Source: Azolla caroliniana | Taxonomy: Eukaryota > Plantae > Polypodiophyta | DNA: 64,000 bases | Reading direction: 5' to 3' | Assembly: GCA_043228905.1 (NCBI GenBank) | Contig: JBHGNT010000026.1 | Span: forward strand, 186,001 to 250,000 | Part shown: piece after piece, positions 42,701 to 57,100 of the stretch | Position numbering within the stretch: the stretch's first letter is position 1 | Layout: each line of letters begins with the position of its first letter | The notes under the pieces: generated by a model | The model's input: only the letters and a program-made list of their open reading frames with translations | Databases searched by the model: none | Told to the model about the DNA's origin: nothing | Translations under genes and position numbers: made by a program

Positions 42701-43756
42701 TTCATACCTGGCTCGTATGATATCGGATATTTGTGTTCAAACATGCGAATCGAAGGTAACAACGCTAGCTATGATATGGAATTAAAAAATCAAGATTTTG
42801 AAACTCAGGTCGAGAGACATGACGAAATTACCAACTTTGAGGAGTGAGTTGAGAGGAGCCCTTGAGTAAATTAAAATGTTCATACATAGCGAGTGTGATA
42901 TCGGATTTTTGTGTACAAACATGCGAATCAAAGCTAACAACGCTAGCTATGATATGGAATTAAAAAATCAAGATTTTGAAACTAAGGTCGAGAGACATGA
43001 CGAAATTAGCAAATTTGAGGAGGGAGTTGAGAGGGGCCCTTGAGTAAATTAAAATGGTCATACCTAGCGAGTGTGATATCGGAATTTTGTGTTCAAACAT
43101 GCGAATCAAACCTAACAACGCTAGCTATGATCTAGAATTAAAAAAGCAAGATTTTGAAACTAAGGTCGAGAGTCATGACGGAATTAGCAAATTTGAGGAG
43201 TGAGTTGAGAGGAGCCCTTGAGTAAATTAAAATGGTCATACCTAGCGAGTGTGATATCGGATTTTTGTGTACAAACATGCGAATCGAAGCTAACAACGCT
43301 AGCTATGATAAGGAATTGAAAAATTCAAGATTTTGAAACTCAGGTCGAGAGACATGACGAAATTTCCAAATTTGAGGAGGGAGTTGAGAAGAGCTAGTAG
43401 GTAAATTACAATGTTCATACCTGGTTCGTGTGATATCGGATATTTGTGTTCAAACATGCGAATCGAAGCTAACAACGCTAGCTATGATATGGAATTACAA
43501 AATCAAGATTTTGAAACTCAGGTCGAGAGACATGACGAAATTAGCAAATTTGAGGAGTGAGTTGAGAGGAGCCCTTGAGTAAATTAAAATGTTCATACCT
43601 AGCGAGTGTGATATCGGAATTTCGTGTACAAACATGCGAATCGAAGCTAACAACGCTAGCTATGATATGGAATTATAAAATCAAGATTTTGAAACTCAGG
43701 TCGAGAGACATGACGAAATTTCCAAATTTGAGGAGGGAGTTGAGAAGAGCTAGTAG

Positions 43757-43835
43757 GTAAATTACAATGTTCATACCTAGCTCGTGTAAATTACAATGTT
43801 CATACCTAGCTCGTGTAAATTTGAGGAGCCCTTGA
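43757..43835 (+). other. Second copy of the 79-bp scar
   Basis: Same 29+29+21 structure at an offset of 10049 (5598+4451). It differs by one base (gaggag versus gagcag). Confidence 0.93.
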
Positions 43836-46800
43836 GTAAATAAAAATGTTCATACCTAGCTCGTGTGATATCGGATTTTTGTGTTCAAACATGGGAATCG
43901 AAGCTAACAACGCTAGCTATGATATGGAATTAAAAAATCAAGATTTTGAAAATCAGGTCGAGAGGCATTACGAAATTAGCAAATTTGAGGAGTGAGTTGA
44001 GAGGAGCCCTTGAGTAAATTAAAATGTTCATACCTAGCGAGCGTGATATCGGATTTTTGTGTTCAAACATGCGAATCGAAGCTAACAACGCTAGCTATGA
44101 TATGGAATTAAAAAATCAAGATTTTGAAACTCAGGTCGAGAGACATGACGAAATTAGCAACCTTGACAAGGGAGTTGAGAGGAGCCTTTGAGTAAATAAA
44201 AATGTTCATACCTAGCTCGTGTGATATCGGATTTTTGTGTTCAAACATGCGAATCGAAGCTAACAACGCTAGCTATGATATGGAATTAAAAAATCAAGAT
44301 TTTGAAACTAAAGTCGAGAGACATGACGAAATTAGCAAATTTGAGGAGTGAGTTGAGAGGAGCCCTTGAGTAAATTAAAATGTTCATACCTAGCGAGTGT
44401 GATATCGGATTTTTGTGTACAAACATGCGAATCGAAGCTAACAACGCTAGCTATGATATGGAATTAAAAAATGAAGATTTTGAAACTCAGGTCGAGAGAC
44501 ATGACGAAATTAGCAAATTTGAGGAGTGAGTTGAGAGGAGCCCTTGAGTAAATTAAAATGGTCATACCTAGCGAGTGTGATATCGGATTTTCGTGTACAA
44601 ACATGCGAATCGAAGCTAACAATGCTAGCTATGATATGGAATTAAAAAATTAAGATTTTGAAACTAAGATCGAGAGAGATGACGAAAGTAGCAACCTTGA
44701 CGAGTGAGTTTAGAGGAGCCCTTGAGTCAATTAAAATGGTTATACCTAGCGAGTGTGATATCGGATTTTTGTCTTCAAACATGCGAATCGAAGCTAAGAA
44801 CGCTAGCTATGATATGGAATTACAAAATCAAGATTTTGAAACTCCAGTCGAGAGACATGACGAAATTACCAAATTTGAGGAGTGAGGTTGGAAGAGCGCG
44901 TGAGTGAATTAAAATGTTCATACCTGGCTCGTGTGATATCGGATTTTTGTGTTCAAACATGCGAATTGAAGCTAACAACGCTAGCTATGATATGGAATTA
45001 AAAAATCAAGATTTTGAAACTAAGGTCGAGAGACATGACGAAATTAGTAAATTTGAGGAGTGAGTTGAGAGGAGCCCTTGAGTAAATTAAAATGGTCATA
45101 CCTAGCGAGTGTGATATCGGATTTTTGTGTTCAAACATGCGAAACGAAGCTAACAACGCTAGCTATGATAAGGAATTAAAAAATCAAGATTTTGAAACTA
45201 AGGTCGAGAGACATGACGAAATTTCCAAATTTGAGGAGGGAGTTAAGAAGAGCTAGTAGGTAAATTACAATGTTCATACCTGGTTCTTGTGATATCGGAT
45301 TTTTGTGTACAAACATGCGAATCGAAGCTAACAACGCTAGCTATGATATGGAATTAAAAAATCAAGATTTTGAAACTCAGGTCGAGAGACATGACGAAAT
45401 TTCCAAATTTGAGGAGGGAGTTGAGAAGAGCTAGTAGGTAAATTACAATGTTCATACCTGGTTCGTGTGATATCGGATATTTGTGTTCAAACATGCGAAT
45501 CGAAGCTAACAACGCTAGCTATGATATGGAATTGAAAAATCAAGATTTTGAAACTCAGGTCGAGAGACATGACGAAATTAGCAAATTTGAGGAGTGAGTT
45601 GAGAGGAGCCCTTGAGTAAATTAAAATGTTCATACCTAGCGAGTGTGATATCGGAATTTCGTGTACAAACATGCGAATCGAAGCTAACAACGCTAGCTAT
45701 GATATGGAATTATAAAATCAAGATTTTGAAACTCAGGTCGAGAGACATGACGAAATTTCCAAATTTGAGGAGGGAGTTGAGAAGAGCTAGTAGGTAAATT
45801 ACAATGTTCATACCTGGTTCGTGTAATATCGGATTTTTGTGTTCAAACATGCGAATCGAAGCTAACAACGCTAGCTATGATATGGAATTACAAAATCAAG
45901 ATTTTGAAACTCCAGTCGAGAGACATGACGAAATTACCAAATTTGAGGAGTGAGGTTGGAAGAGCGCGTGAGTGAATTAAAATGTTCATACCTGGCTCGT
46001 ATGATATCGGATTTTTCTGTTCCAACATGCGAATTGAAGCTAACAACGCTAGCTATGATATGGAATTAAAAAATCAAGATTTTGAAACTAAGGTTGAGAG
46101 ACATGACGAAATTAGTAAATTTGAGGAGTGAGTTGAGAGGAGCCCTTGAGTAAATTAAAATGGTCATACCTAGCGAGTGTGATATCGGATTTTTGTGTAC
46201 AAATATGCGAATCGAAGCTAACAACGCTAGCTATGATATGGAATTAAAAAATCAAGATTTTGAAACTAAGGTCGAGAGACATGACGAAATTAGCAAATTT
46301 GAGGAGTGAGTTGAGAGGAGCCCTTGAGTAAATTAAAATGGTCATACCTAGCGACCGTGATATCGGATTTTTGTGTACAAACATGCGAATCGAAGCTAAA
46401 AACGCTAGCTATGATATGGAATTGAAAAATCAAGATTTTGAAACTCAGGTCGAGAGACATGACGAAATTAGCAAATTTGAGGAGTGAGTTGAGAGGAGCC
46501 CTTGAGTAAATTAAAATGTTCATACCTAGCGAGTGTGATATCGGAATTTTGTGTACAAAAATGCGAATCGAAGCTAACAACGCTAGCTATGATATGGAAT
46601 TAAAAAATCAAGATTTTGAAACTCAGGTCGAGAGACATGACGAAATTTCCAAATTTGAGGAGGGAGTTGAGAAGAGCTAGTAGGTAAATTACAATGTTCA
46701 TACCTGGTTCGTGTGATATCGGATATTTGTGTTCAAACATGCGAATCGAAGCTAACAACGCTAGCTATGATATGGAATTACAAAATCAAGATTTTGAAAC

Positions 46801-47248
46801 TCAGGTCGAGAGACATGACGAAATTAGCAAATTTGAGGAGTGAGTTAAGAGGAGCCCTTGAGTAAATTAAAATGTTCATACCTAGCGAGTGTGATATCGG
46901 AATTTCGTGTACAAACATGCGAATCGAAGCTAACAACGCTAGCTATGATATGGAATTATAAAATGAAGATTTTGAAACTCAGGTCGAGAGACATGACGAA
47001 ATTTCCAAATTTGAGGAGGGAGTTGAGAAGAGCTAGTAGGTAAATTACAATGTTCATACCTGGTTCGTGTGATGTCGGATTTTTGTGTTCAAACATGCGA
47101 ATCGAAGCTAACAACGCTAGCTATGATATGGAATTACAAAATCAAGATTTTGAAACTCCAGTCGAGAGACATGACGAAATTACCAAATTTGAGGAGTGAG
47201 GTTGGAAGAGCGCGTGAGTGAATTAAAATGTTCATACCTGGCTCGTAT

Positions 47249-47262
47249 GATATCGGATATCG
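47249..47262 (+). other. 7-bp tandem duplication (GATATCG x2)
   Basis: The sequence reads gtat-gatatcg-gatatcg-gattttt. The ORF offset 46290 to 47543 is 7x178+7. Confidence 0.92.
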
Positions 47263-48126
47263 GATTTTTGTGTTCAAACATGCGAATTGAAGCTAACAAC
47301 GCTAGCTATGATATGGAATTAAAAAATCAAGATTTTGAAACTAAGGTTGAGAGACATGACGAAATTAGTAAATTTGAGGAGTGAGTTGAGAGGAGCCCTT
47401 GAGTAAATTAAAATGGTCATACCTAGCGAGTGTGATATCGGATTTTTGTGTACAAACATGCGAATCGAAGCTAACAACGCTAGCTATGATATGGAATTAA
47501 AAAATCAAGATTTTGAAACTAAGGTCGAGAGACATGACGAAATTAGCAAATTTGAGGAGTGAGTTGAGAGGAGCCCTTGAGTAAATTAAAATGGTCATAC
47601 CTAGCGAGTGTGATATCGGATTTTTGTGTACAAACATGCGAATCGAAGCTAAAAACGCTAGCTATGATATGGAATTGAAAAATCAAGATTTTGAAACTCA
47701 GGTCGAGAGACATGACGAAATTAGCAAATTTGAGGAGTGAGTTGAGAGGAGCCCTTGAGTAAATTAAAATGTTCATACCTAGCGAGTGTGATATCGGAAT
47801 TTGGTGTACAAAAATGCGAATCGAAGCTAACAACGCTAGCTATGATATGGAATTAAAAAATCAAGATTTTGAAAATCAGGTCGAGAGGCATGACGAAATT
47901 AGCAAATTTGAGGAGGGAGTTGAGAAGAGCTAGTAGGTAAATTACAATGTTCATACCTGGTTCTTGTGATATCGGATTTTTGTGTTCAAACATGCGAATC
48001 GAAGCTAACAACACTAGCTATGATATGGAATTACAAAATCAAGATTTTCAAACTCGAGTCGAGAGACATGATGAAATTACCAAATTTGAGGAGTGAGGTT
48101 GGAAGAGCGCGTGAGTGAATTAAAAT

Positions 48127-48196
48127 GTTGGAAGAGCTATTAGGTTGGAGCGCGCGTGAGGAGTGAGGTTGGAAGAGCTATTAGGTAAATTACAAT
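48127..48196 (+). other. 70-bp patchwork insertion built from local satellite fragments
   Basis: The sequence reads ...taaaat-gttggaagagctattag-gttggagcgcgcgtgag-gagtgaggttggaagagctattaggtaaattacaat-gttc. The ORF offset 46858 to 48893 is 11x178+7+70. Confidence 0.9.
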
Positions 48197-51100
48197 GTTC
48201 ATACCTGGCTGGTGTGATATCGGAATTTTGTGTTCAAACATGCGAATCAAACCTAACAACGCTAGCTATGATCTAGAATTAAAAAAGCAAGATTTTGAAA
48301 CTCAGGTCGAGAGTCATGACGAAATTAGCAAATTTGAGGAGTGAGTTGAGAGGAGCCCTTGAGTAAATTAAAATGGTCATACCTAGCGAGTGTGATATCG
48401 GATTTTTGTGTACAAACATGCGAATCGAAGCTAACAACGCTAGCTATGATATGGAATTAAAAAATCAAGATTTTGAAACTCAGGTCGAGAGACATGACGA
48501 AATTTCCAAATTTGAGGAGGGAGTTAAGAAGAGCTAGTAGGTAAATTACAATGTTCATACCTGGTTCTTGTGATATCGGATTTCTGTGTACAAACATGCG
48601 AATCGAAGCTAACAACGCTAGCTATGATATGGAATTAAAAAATGAAGATTTTGAAACTCAGGTCGAGAGACATGACGAAATTTCCAAATTTGAGGAGGGA
48701 GTTGAGAAGAGCTAGTAGGTAAATTACAATGTTCATACCTGGTTCGTGTGATATCGGATATTTGTGTTCAAACATGCGAATCGAAGCTAACAACGCTAGC
48801 TATGATATGGAATTACAAAATGAAGATTTTGAAACTCAGGTCGAGAGACATGACGAAATTAGCAAATTTGAGGAGTGAGTTGAGAGGAGCCCTTGAGTAA
48901 ATTAAAATGTTCATACCTAGCGAGTGTGATATCGGAATTTCGTGTACAAACATGCGAATCGAAGCTAACAACGCTAGCTATGATATGGAATTACAAAATC
49001 AAGATTTTGAAACTCCAGTCGAGAGACATGACGATATTACCAAATTTGAGGAGTGAGGTTGGAAGAGCGCGTGAGTGAATTAAAATGTTCATACCTGGCG
49101 CGTGTGATATCGGATTTTTGTGTTCAAACATGCGAATTGAAGCTAACAACGCTAGCTATGATATGGAATTAAAAAATCAAGATTTTAAAAATCAGGTCGA
49201 GAGGCATGACGAAATTAGCAAATATGAGGAGTGAGTTGAGAGGGGCCCTTGAGTAAATTAAAATGTTCATACCTAACGAGTGTGATATCGGATTTTTGTG
49301 TTCAAACATGCGAATCGAACCTAACAACGCTAGCTATGATATGGAATTAAAAAAGCAAGATTTTGAAACTCAGGTCGAGAGACATGACGAAATTTCCAAA
49401 TTTGAGGAGGCAGTTGAGAAGAGCTAGTAGGTAAATTACAATGTTCATACCTGGTTCGTGTGATATCGGATTTTTGTGTTCAAACATTCGAATCGAAGCT
49501 AACAACGCTAGCTATGATATGGAATTACAAAATCAAGATTTTGAAACTCCAGTCGAGAGACATGACGAAATTACCAAATTTGAGGAGTGAGGTTGGAAGA
49601 GCGCGTGAGTGAATTAAAATGTTCATACCTGGCTCGTGTGATATCGGATTTTTGTGTTCAAACATGCGAATTGAAGCTAACAACGCTAGCTATGATATGG
49701 AATTAAAAAATCAAGATTTTGAAAATCAGGTCGAGAGGCATGACGAAATTAGCAAATATGAGGAGTGAGTTGAGAGGAGCCCTTGAGTAAATTAAAATGT
49801 TCATACCTAGCGAGCGTGATATCGGATTTTTGTGTTCAAACATGCGAAACGAAGCTAACAACGCTAGCTATGATATGGAATTAAAAAATCAAGATTTTGA
49901 AACTCAGGTCGAGAGACATGACGAAATTAGCAACCTTGACGAGGGAGTTGAGAGGAGCCCTTGAGTAAATAAAAATGTTCATACCTAGCTCGTGTGATAT
50001 CGGATTTTTGTGTTCAAACATGGGAATCGAAGCTAACAACGCTAGCTATGATATGGAATTAAAAAATCAAGATTTTGAAAATCAGGTCGAGAGGCATTAC
50101 GAAATTAGAAAATTTGAGGAGTGAGTTGAGAGGAGCCCTTGAGTAAATTAAAATGTTCATACCTAGCGAGCGTGATATCGGATTTTTGTGTTCAAACATG
50201 CGAATCGAAGCTAACAACGCTAGCTATGATATGGAATTAAAAAATCAAGATTTTGAAACTCAGGTCGAGAGACATGACGAAATTAGCAACCTTGACAAGG
50301 GAGTTGAGAGGAGCCCTTGAGTAAATAAAAATGTTCATACCTAGCTCGTGTGATATCGGATTTTTGTGTTCAAACATGCGAATCGAAGCTAACAACGCTA
50401 GCTATGATATGGAATTAAAAAATCAAGATTTTGAAACTAAAGTCGAGAGACATGACGAAATTAGCAAATTTGAGGAGTGAGTTGAGAGGAGCCCTTGAGT
50501 AAATTAAAATGTTCATACCTAGCGAGTGTGATATCGGATTTTTGTGTACAAACATGCGAATCGAAGCTAACAACGCTAGCTATGATATGGAATTAAAAAA
50601 TTAAGATTTTGAAACTCAGGTCGAGAGACATGACGAAATTAGCAAATTTGAGGAGTGAGTTGAGAGGAGCCCTTGAGTAAATTAAAATGGTCATACCTAG
50701 CGAGTGTGATATCGGATTTTCGTGTACAAACATGCGAATCGAAGCTAACAATGCTAGCTATGATATGGAATTAAAAAATTAAGATTTTGAAACTAAGATC
50801 GAGAGACATGACGAAAGTAGCAACCTTGACGAGTGAGTTTAGAGGAGCCCTTGAGTCAATTAAAATGGTTATACCTAGCGAGTGTGATATCGGATTTTTG
50901 TCTTCAAACATGCGAATCGAAGCTAACAACGCTAGCTATGATATGGAATTACAAAATCAAGATTTTCAAACTCCAGTCGAGAGACATGACGAAATTACCA
51001 AATTTGAGGAGTGAGGTTGGAAGAGCGCGTGAGTGAATTAAAATGTTCATACCTGGCTCGTGTGATATCGGATTTTTGTGTTCAAACATGCGAATTGAAG

Positions 51101-54100
51101 CTAACAACGCTAGCTATGATATGGAATTAAAAAATCAAGATTTTGAAACTAAGGTCGAGAGACATGACGAAATTAGTAAATTTGAGGAGTGAGTTGAGAG
51201 GAGCCCTTGAGTAAATTAAAATGGTCATACCTAGCGAGTGTGATATCGGATTTTTGTGTTCAAACATGCGAAACGAAGCTAACAACGCTAGCTATGATAT
51301 GGAATTAAAAAATCAAGATTTTGAAACTCAGGTCGAGAGACATGACGAAATTAGCAACCATGACGAGGGAGTTGAGAGGAGCCCTTGAGTAAATTCAAAT
51401 GTTCATACCTAGCGAGTCTGATATCGGAATTTTGTGTTCAAACATGCGAATTAAACCTAACAACGCTAGCTATGATCTAGAATTAAAAAAGCAAGATTTT
51501 GAAACTCAGGTCGAGAGTCATGACGGAATTAGCAAATTTGAGGAGTGAGTTGAGAGGAGCCCTTGAGTAAATTAAAATGGTCATACCAAGCGAGTGTGAT
51601 ATCGGATTTTTGTGTACAAACATGCGAATCGAAGCTAACAACGCTAGCTATGATATGGAATTAAAAAATCAAGATTTTGAAACTAAGGTCGCGAGACATG
51701 ACGAAATTTCCAAATTTGAGGAGGGAGTTAAGAAGAGCTAGTAGGTAAATTACAATGTTCATACCTGGTTCTTGTGATATCGGATTTCTGTGTACAAACA
51801 TGCGAATCGAAGCTAACAACGCTAGCTATGATATGGAATTAAAAAATCAAGATTTTGAAACTCAGGTCGAGAGACATGACGAAATTTCCAAATTTGAGGA
51901 GGGAGTTGAGAAGAGCTAGTAGGTAAATTACAATGTTCATACCTGGTTCGTGTGATATCGGATATTTGTGTTCAAACATGCGAATCGAAGCTAACAACGC
52001 TAGCTATGATATGGAATTACAAAATCAAGATTTTGAAACTCAGGTCGAGAGACATGACGAAATTACCAAATTTGAGGAGGGAGTTGAGAGGGGCCCTTGA
52101 GTAAATAAAAATGTTCATACCTAGCGAGTGTGATATCGGATTTTGTTGTTCAAACATGCAAATCGAACCTAACAACGCTAGCTATGATATGGAATTAAAA
52201 AAGCAAGATTTTGAAACTCAGGTCGAGAGACATGACGAAATTAGCAAATTTGAGGAGTGAGTTGAGAGGAGCCCTTGAGTAAATTAAAATGTTCATACCT
52301 AGCGAGTGTGATATCGGAATTTCGTGTACAAACATGCGAATCGAAGCTAACAACGCTAGCTATGATATGGAATTATAAAATCAAGATTTTGAAACTCAGG
52401 TCGAGAGACATGACGAAATTTCCAAATTTGAGGAGGGAGTTGAGAAGAGCTAGTAGGTAAATTACAATGTTCATACCTGGTTCGTGTGATATCGGATTTT
52501 TGTGTTCAAACATGCGAATCGAAGCTAACAACGCTAGCTATGATATGGAATTACAAAATCAAGATTTTGAAACTCCAGTCGAGAGACATGACGAAATTAC
52601 CAAATTTGAGGAGTGAGGTTGGAAGAGCGCATGAGTGAATTAAAATGTTCATACCTGGCTCGTATGATATCGGATTTTTGTGTTCAAACATGCGAATTGA
52701 AGCTAACAACGCTAGCTATGATATGGAATTAAAAAATCAAGATTTTGAAACTAAGGTCGAGAGACATGACGAAATTAGTAAATTTGAGGAGTGAGTTGAG
52801 AGGAGCCCTTGAGTAAATTAAAATGGTCATACCTAGCGAGTGTGATATCGGATTTTTTTGTACAAACATGCGAATCGAAGCTAACAACGCTAGCTATGAT
52901 ATGGAATTAAAAAATCAAGATTTTGAAACTAAGGTCGAGAGACATGACGAAATTAGAAAATTTGAGGAGTGAGTTGAGAGGAGCCCTTGAGTAAATTAAA
53001 ATGGTCATACCTAGCGAGTGTGATATCGGATTTTTGTGTACCAACATGCGAATCGAAGCTAAAAACGCTAGCTATGATATGGAATTGAAAAATCAAGATT
53101 TTGAAACTCAGGTCGAGAGACATGACGAAATTACCAAATTTGAGGAGGGAGTTGAGAGGGGCCCTTGAGTAAATTAAAATATTCATACGTAGCGAGTGTG
53201 GTATCGGAATTTTGTGTTCAAACATGCGAATCAAACCTAACAACGCTAGCTATGATCTAGAATTAAAAAAGCAAGATTTTGAAACTGAGGTCGAGAGACA
53301 TGACGAAATTAGCAACCTTGACAAGGGAGTTGAGAGGAGCCCTTGAGTAAATAAAAATGTACATACCTAGCTCGTGTGATATCGGATTTTTGTGTTCAAA
53401 CATGCGAATCGAAGCTAACAACGCTAGCTATGATATGGAATTAAAAAATCAAGATTTTGAAACTAAGGTCGAGAGACATGACGAAATTAGCAAATTTGAG
53501 GAGTGAGCTGAGAGGAGCCCTTGAGTAAATTAAAATGGTCATACCTAGCGAGTGTGATATCGGATTTTTGTGTACAAACATGCGAATCGAAGCTAACAAC
53601 GCTAGCTATGATATGGAATTAAAATATCAAGATTTTGAAACTCAGGTCGAGAGACATGACGAAATTTCCAAATTTGAGGAGGGAGTTGAGAAGAGCTAGT
53701 AGGTAAATTACAATGTTCATACCTGGTTCTTGTGATATCGGATTTCTGTGTACAAACATGCGAATCGAAGCTAACAACGCTAGCTATGATATGGAATTAA
53801 AAAAATAAGATTTTGAAACTCAGGTCGAGAGACATGACGAAATTTCCAAATTTGAGGAGGGACTTGAGAAGAGCTAGTAGGTAAATTACAATGTTCATAC
53901 CTGGTTCGTGTGATATCGGATATTTGTGTTCAAACATGCGAATCGAAGCTAACAACGCTAGCTATGATATGGAATTACAAAATCAAGATTTTGAAACTCA
54001 GGTCGAGAGACATGACGAAATTACCAAATTTGAGGAGGGAGTTGAGAGGGGCCCTTGAGTAAATTAAAATGTTCATACCTAGCGAGTGTGATATCGGATT

Positions 54101-57100
54101 TTGTTGTTCAAACATGCAAATCGAACCTAACAACGCTAGCTATGATATGGAATTAAAAAATCAAGATTTTGAAACTCAGGTCGAGAGACATGACGAAATT
54201 AGCAAATTTGAGGAGTGAGTTGAGAGGAGCCCTTGAGTAAATTAAAATGTTCATACCTAGCGAGTGTGATATCCGAATTTCGTGTACAAACATGCGAATC
54301 GAAGCTAACAACGCTAGCTATGATATGGAATTAAAAAATCAAGATTTTGAAACTCAGGTCGAGAGACATGACGAAATTTCCAAATTTGAGGAGGGAGTTG
54401 AGAAGAGCAGTAGGTAAATTACAATGTTCATACCTGGTTCGTGTGATATCGGATTTTTGTGTTCAAACATGCGAATCGAAGCTAACAACGCTAGTTATGA
54501 TATGGAATTACAAAATCAAGATTTTAAAACTCCAGTCGAGAGACATGACGATATTACCAAATTTGAGGAGTGAGGTTGGAAGAGCGCGTGAGTGAATTAA
54601 AATGTTCATACCTGGCTCGTGTGATATCGGATTTTTGTGTTCAAACATGCGAATTGAAGCTAACAACGCTAGCTATGATATGGAATTAAAAAATCAAGAT
54701 TTTGAAAATCAGGTCGAGAGGCATGACGAAATTAGCAAATATGAGGAGTGAGTTGAGAGGAGCCCTTGAGTAAATTAAAATGTTCATACCTAGCGAGCGT
54801 GATATCGGATTTTTGTGTTCAAACATGCGAAACGAAGCTAACAACGCTAGCTATGATATGGAATTAAAAAATCAAGATTTTGAAACTCATGTCGAGAGAC
54901 ATGACGAAATTAGCAACCTTGACGAGGGAGTTGAGAGGAGCCCTTGAGTAAATTAAAATGTTCATACCTAACGACCGTGATATTGGATTTTTGTCTTCAA
55001 ACATGCGAATCGAAGCTAACAACGCTAGCTATGATATGGAATTAAAAAATCAAGATTTTGAAACTGAGGTCGAGAGACATGACGAAATTAGCAACCTTGA
55101 CAAGGGAGTTAAGAGGAGCCCTTGAGTAAATTAAAATGTTCATACCTAGCGAGCGTGATATCGGATTTTTGTGTTCAAACATGTGAATCGAAGCTAACAA
55201 CGCTAGCTATGATATGGAATTAAAAAATCAAGATTTTGAAACTCAGGTCGAGAGACATGACGAAATTAGCAACCTTGACAAGGGCGTTGAGAGGAGCCCT
55301 TGAGTAAATAAAAATGTTCATACCTAGCTCGTGTGATATCGGAATTTTTTGTTCAAACATGCGAATCGAAGCTAACAACGCTAGTTATGATATGGAATTA
55401 AAAAATCAAGATTTTGAAACTAAGGTCGAGAGACATGACGAAATTAGCAAATTTGAGGAGTGAGTTGAGAGGAGCCCTTGAGTAAATTAAAATGGTCATA
55501 CCTAGCGAGTGTGATATCGGATTTTTGTGTTCAAACATGCGAATAGAAGCTAACAACGCTAGCTATGATATGGAATTAAAATATCAAGATTTTGAAACTC
55601 AGGTCGAGAGACATGACGAAATTTCCAAATTTGAGGAGGGACTTGAGAAGAGCTAGTAGGTAAATTACAATGTTCATACCTGGTTCGTGTGATATCGGAT
55701 ATTTGTGTTCAAACATGGGAATCGAAGCTAACAACACTAGCTATGATATGGAATTACAAAATCAAGATTTTGAAACTCAGGTCGAGAGACATGACGAAAT
55801 TACCAAATTTGAGGAGGGAGTTGAGAGGGGCCCTTGAGTAAATTAAAATGTTCATACCTAGCGAGTGTGATATCGGATTTTGTTGTTCAAACATGCAAAT
55901 CGAACCTAACAACGCTAGCTATGATATGGAATTAAAAAATCAAGATTTTGAAACTCAGGTCGAGAGACATGACGAAATTAGCAAATTTGAGGAGTGAGTT
56001 GAGAGGAGCCCTTGAGTAAATTAAAATGTTCATACCTAGCGAGTGTGATATCGGAATTTCGTGTACAAACATGCGAATCGAAGCTAACAACGCTAGCTAT
56101 GATATGGAATTATAAAATCAAGATTTTGAAACTCAGGTCGAGAGACATGACGAAATTTCCAAATTTGAGGAGGGAGTTGAGAAGAGCTAGTAGGTAAATT
56201 ACAATGTTCATACCTGGTTCGTGTGATATCGGATTTTTGTGTTCAAACATGCGAATCGAAGCTAACAACGCTAGCTATGATATGGAATTACAAAATCAAG
56301 ATTTTGAAACTCCAGTCGAGAGACATGACGAAATTACCAAATTTGAGGAGTGAGGTTGGAAGAGCGCGTGAGTGAATTAAAATGTTCATACCTGGCTCGT
56401 ATGATATCGGATTTTTGTGTTCAAACATGCGAATTGAAGCTAACAACGCTAGCTATGATATGGAATTAAAAAATCAAGATTTTGAAACTAAGGTCGAGAG
56501 ACATGACGAAATTAGTAAATTTGAGGAGTGAGTTGAGAGGAGCCCTTGAGTAAATTAAAATGGTCATACCTAGCGAGTGTGATATCGGATTTTTGTGTTC
56601 AAACATGCGAATAGAAGCTAACAACGCTAGCTATGATATGGAATTAAAAAATCAAGATTTTGAAACTCAGGTCGAGAGACATGACGAAATTTCCAAATTT
56701 GAGGAGGGAGTTAAGAAGAGCTAGTAGGTAAATTACAATGTTCATACCTGGTTCTTGTGATATCGGATATCTGTGTTCAAACATGCGAATCGAAGCTAAC
56801 AACACTAGCTATGATATGGAATTACAAAATCAAGATTTTGAAACTCCAGTCGAGAGACATGATGAAATTACCAAATTTGAGGAGTGAGGTTGGAAGAGCG
56901 CGTGAGTGAATTAAAATGTTCATACCTGGCTCGTGTGATATCGGATTTTTGTGTTCAAATATGCGAATCGAAGCTAACGACGCTAGCTATGATATGGAAT
57001 TGAAAAATCAAGATTTTGAAACACAGGTCGAGACACATGACGAAATTACCAAATTTGAGGAGTGAGTTGAGAGGAGCCCTTGAGTAAATTAAAATGGTCA

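Larger units (their letters stand above)
30380..45850 (+). repeat. HOR domain 2: three tandem copies of a 25-31-monomer unit (5598, 4451 and 5420 bp)
   Basis: ORF sets 30552/36150/40601, 31923/37521/41972, 34787/39238/44658 and 35616/40067/45487. Shared private variants include gattgtgaaa, tgtgatcaaac, gaaggtaac, and a +1 insertion (gataaggaattgaaaaattcaag) at 33261, 38859 and 43310. Confidence 0.9.

Noticed and set aside
54400-54415. 1-bp deletion (gagcagtagg) creating the 82-aa ORF at 54347
   Set aside because: A private single-base indel fuses two spurious frames. It could be a sequencing error and has no coding significance.
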